Position numbers and translations under genes: made by a program. Below, piece after piece: positions 60,183-64,000 of a stretch of DNA of 64,000 bases (position 1 is the first letter of the stretch; each line of letters begins with the position of its first letter). This DNA comes from Schizochytrium sp. TIO01. Taxonomy: Eukaryota > Protista > Bigyra: Labyrinthulomycetes. The notes beneath the pieces were generated by a model. The model saw only the letters and a list, made by a program, of their open reading frames with translations, had not been told where the DNA came from and did not search any database. Where the stretch lies: NCBI GenBank assembly GCA_004764695.1, contig SMSO01000031.1:534436-598435 (forward strand). Direction: 5' to 3'.

Positions 60183-60233
60183 TTTCGCAGCGCATTTCGC
60201 AGCGCATTTCGCAGCGCATTTCGCAGCGCATTT
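60183..60233. repeat. 12-bp tandem repeat (TTTCGCAGCGCA) x4
   Basis: Read directly. Confidence 0.9.
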
Positions 60234-62588
60234 TGCAATACTGGCAGGTAGGTACGCAGTTCTTCCCTCGAGCAAACTTGTTGGGCGAGTGGTTTGAGGG
60301 ATGTATCTTCACGAGCGATTATTTTGGCTTGAGTTATTAGGTTAACGTATTGGCTCTGTGCTTGAGGGGGGTAGGTAGGTACTAGGAAGGTAGATCCTTA
60401 GTCTCTCTTCTGCATTTTTAATGCAATTAACTTAAAGTTGTCTAAACTAATTATTTTGATTTGTTTATATAATTAATTGAGAAAGACTGCCAATTCAACT
60501 GATGAGTTCCTTGCTGGCGTCGCTGCTATTTCCAGGGCGACGATTGGGCTTGCGGGTGCAAAGGTTCGTAAACCTCACGCTGCACTCGGAAGTATACTTT
60601 GTGGGCGCGAGGCTTGAGTGAGATGAGGTGAATCGCGAGATAACGGAGGCCAGTACAGATCCTCGAAATCGCGCTGTCTATACACATTTCAAGAATCCGC
60701 GCTCGGAATTATCAGCGACTTTAAGCCGAAAGCGCACAATTTAAGGAGAGGTGTTTCTGACATCAAATCAATAGGAGGTCTTTACTTATTACCTTTTCCC
60801 AAACAAAGTCCAGATAATAGCTTCTTTCAAAGTATGATCCTGGGGTGGCATGACTCATGCAGCTTTAGCTCACAGACAACCGTTGACGCGAGCGTGGGAG
60901 TACCTCTCGCTCGCTCGCAAATGTATCCGTCACTCGCTCATCCGATCCGCTCCTCGCTAACGTATAAGTTTGGTCAACGATGTGCAAATGCGAACTAAGA
61001 ATAAAGGCCCATCGCTGCGAAACTTGCAATCCCCCTTTATAAACAGAATGTGCCCAAACGTGAGGAAGATCGCCGATTTGTCATCGCATTGCCTACTACA
61101 AAGATCTTTAACAAGCGAGGCCTCATTCCCTGTCCTCAGAGGGCCTTGAATCGTTCTTGTTTAAACTCTTCCTTTGAAAAGTTGAACAATGCATTACCAT
61201 ATTCATCATCACGAAATCTCCGTTCACCACGGTACAAACAAGCTTCTGCTTACAGCGGAGACTGCCCTCTGCATGAATGCATCGAGCGAGCGAGCTCTGA
61301 AGGTAGCAAGGCAGTGGAGGTGAAGGGGAGGGCCCGAAAGTCGATGGCGTGTATTGAGCGGGGACATAGAGGCCGAGCACGTTGCATGTAGAATGGAGCC
61401 TCCAAAGCAGTCTGCCACACTGGACTTCTACTTCGAAAAGCTTTCATTTGGATGCGAATGAGTGAGGGAAATTTAGAGGGAAAGCTTGACCTGAAGAAGC
61501 CAGAGAAACGAGATCCTTTCTCTTTAAAGTTCTCTTTTCCTGAGCATGTCTTTCACATGTTCTGTTCGAGGAATTATTTAAATGTTTCTTTCTTTTTCTT
61601 TTCTTTTTTCTTTGTCCGAATACATTAATAAGGAACATATTCAAGTTGGTTTTTCAAATATTTTTTATTTTATTTTATTTTTTATTTTTAAATGTAAGAC
61701 AGTGAGACCTCCAAGAATGAAAATGAGCCACTAGATCACTATCTTCAATCTTTTCTTTACATCGGCTGTATAAGTTCGTAAAGAGATTGAGAAAGCCTTG
61801 AGCGTGAATAATCTAATTACAAAATGATTCAAGGGCATACTTGCTTTCCTTTCTTTTCTTGCTTTTCTTTTCAAAACCTTTTCAATCTTACCATTTTTAG
61901 TCATGTTACAAAGCAAAGAAGAATAGAAGTGAGAAACAACATACCTACTGTCTTTCGTTCATTCAGAGCTGCTCAAACTCTTTTTGGTGCTTCGCGCTGC
62001 TCCTAGAGTACTGAGGAAAGTGCGGTATGCATGCAATATGCAGCCAAGCGGCCTCTACCCTTCCTGCGCACGTTTTGCCTCACTGAAAAGGTCCGACTCC
62101 CACAGCCCATGAGCGCCTGCCTGATAACAATGATATCAATTATCGACCAATCGATCAATCAATTAGGTAGAGTCCAAAGAACCACTAAGCCATAAGTTGC
62201 CAAGTTTATTCAGAAATGAAAGACCGCTGAGAGGGGACACTACCAAGTGGTGTATACACCTTGCAGTAATAGGGTCAATCGAAAGTATTGAGAGTAGATC
62301 GTCTATCAGAATGTGCTAGGTCAAGGCGGCTGACTTCTGAAAGACACCGCACGTAAGATACATCCATTACTTAGCAACAGGACGAGTAATTTACAATGGT
62401 GCCTACAATTGTGCCTACGTGCTCAAGTGGTTTCCGATTCCTATAGTGGAGAGATGATCATATCGATGTTGATGGAGATCGCGCTTGAACGCCCAACCTA
62501 AGAAACCAATCTTTTATGGCGTTGTACCTATCGATGCAACCGAAAAAGATCCATATATATATATAACCCACATAAGAATAAGCATGTG

Positions 62589-62707
<119 letters not shown>

Positions 62708-64000
62708 GGATTGTCCGACTTTGGCCATTTCTGGTTATTTGCTTCAAAAGCAGATTGCGACCCATGGCGCCAAGTGCAATCATAAATCTGGGCTGGTTGA
62801 AGCGACTCCATTGAGAGCATGCGGCGACCCGAGTTTTCTGCGGCCGCTTCGTTGATTCTTACTTCTTATTTGCTGCTCCAAAGAAGACAGCGGCACTTTC
62901 ATATGCATTCGGTGTTTCTTTTTGCTTGTATGTTTTCTTTAATTATTTAAAAACAATTATTAATAATATTAATAATAATAATAAACAAGGAGGTAGAAAG
63001 GCGACTCAAAGTCTTTGAGCTTCGTTTCTTTATTTTTGGGGGGAAAAAAATCATCATCGAAGGACGGTGGTTTTTCATTTTTTTGGTTTGTTTTTTGTTT
63101 TTTTAAGTAAAAAGGAGACGAATAAGAGTGAGGAGCAATTGAAATCCACATTACGCTACAGTTTATGGTAGCAGTGAGTGTATTGAGCCAATCTGAGGAG
63201 ACGAGTCTTTCACGCTCTTCACATGCTTGCGCTCTTTGCGATGGATCTTCGCGAGGAAGTTTGTTAGTTCGTTATGGCTGTAACGTGAGGGATTGAACGT
63301 TGACTTCCTCCACTCCGAAACCAGGTGAAAGGGCAGTTGGCCGGAGCCTCACTCGATTGCAAGGATCTACAGCCCACGTCGTGGCCAGGAGAGATATCTT
63401 AGATGTATATCCATCCACCCATCTATACCTTCCCTGCACATTGTAAAACGAGCACAAGCTGGCCAGGATCAAGAATCATCGACCATCTTCAGTCATCGAG
63501 CCGAGTCGAAGCAGTAGCAAGAGGAAGTTTGTATATTGAAGAGGCGGCCTCTGAGAGTAGCTGGCTTAGCGTATTCTGCCAGAAAGAAGTGGCACTTCTG
63601 CGCTCTGTAGCTTGAATGATCTTGAGCGATCTTGAATTCCTATTCCCAAAATCATGCCAATGCAAGCAGATACTCCATTTCAACTTCGTGGCACGAGCTC
63701 GTGCTGACGAAAGCAGATACTTGCTCCACATTAAGTGCCTGGCCCAACTGATAATCGCCACCCGTCAGACAAATGGGCCCATGCGGGTGCCGTCTTGGCA
63801 GGCTGATTATTATGTAAGATAGCTTTTGGTTGAGCAAACTTCATGCATAATATCAATTTCGGGTTGGGGGTCAATAAGCAAATGGGAATGGTGCTACAAT
63901 CCTGCTCAACGTTGGGCCTTGTGCTCGCAAAGTGCTCCATTCGCTACTGCTTCATCCTTAGGTCCATCATCAAGTCCTGAAGTGAAAGCGACGAAAGGCA

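Noticed and set aside
60183-60233. Short direct repeats considered as CRISPR-like
   Set aside because: No spacers, no cas genes, eukaryotic context.

Overview
Eukaryotic, intron-poor, microsatellite-rich genomic DNA. Gene content and style suggest a stramenopile protist, probably a thraustochytrid/labyrinthulomycete (inference only). I can support 12 protein-coding genes: an LRR + NEL-type (IpaH/SspH-like) E3 ubiquitin ligase, the ribosome-biogenesis AAA ATPase NVL/Rix7 (two exons), an RNF114/RNF166-family RING-Di19-UIM ligase, an N-acylated HET-like + TPR protein, two tandem family I.5/I.6-like lipases, a 7TM-RGS protein, a probable mitochondrial cyclophilin with a degenerate active site, a mucolipin/TRPML channel, an uncharacterised protein with eight ~42-aa helical repeats, an ankyrin-repeat protein, and a 924-aa protein with a Cys/His-containing N-terminal domain that may be a transcription factor, upstream of which lies a gene-poor region of at least 14 kb. 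The most striking signal is a bacterial-effector-type NEL ligase with an intact CxD catalytic motif, encoded intronless in a eukaryotic chromosome and apparently carrying a U-box-like tail. I recognised no rRNA, tRNA, CRISPR array or intact mobile element.
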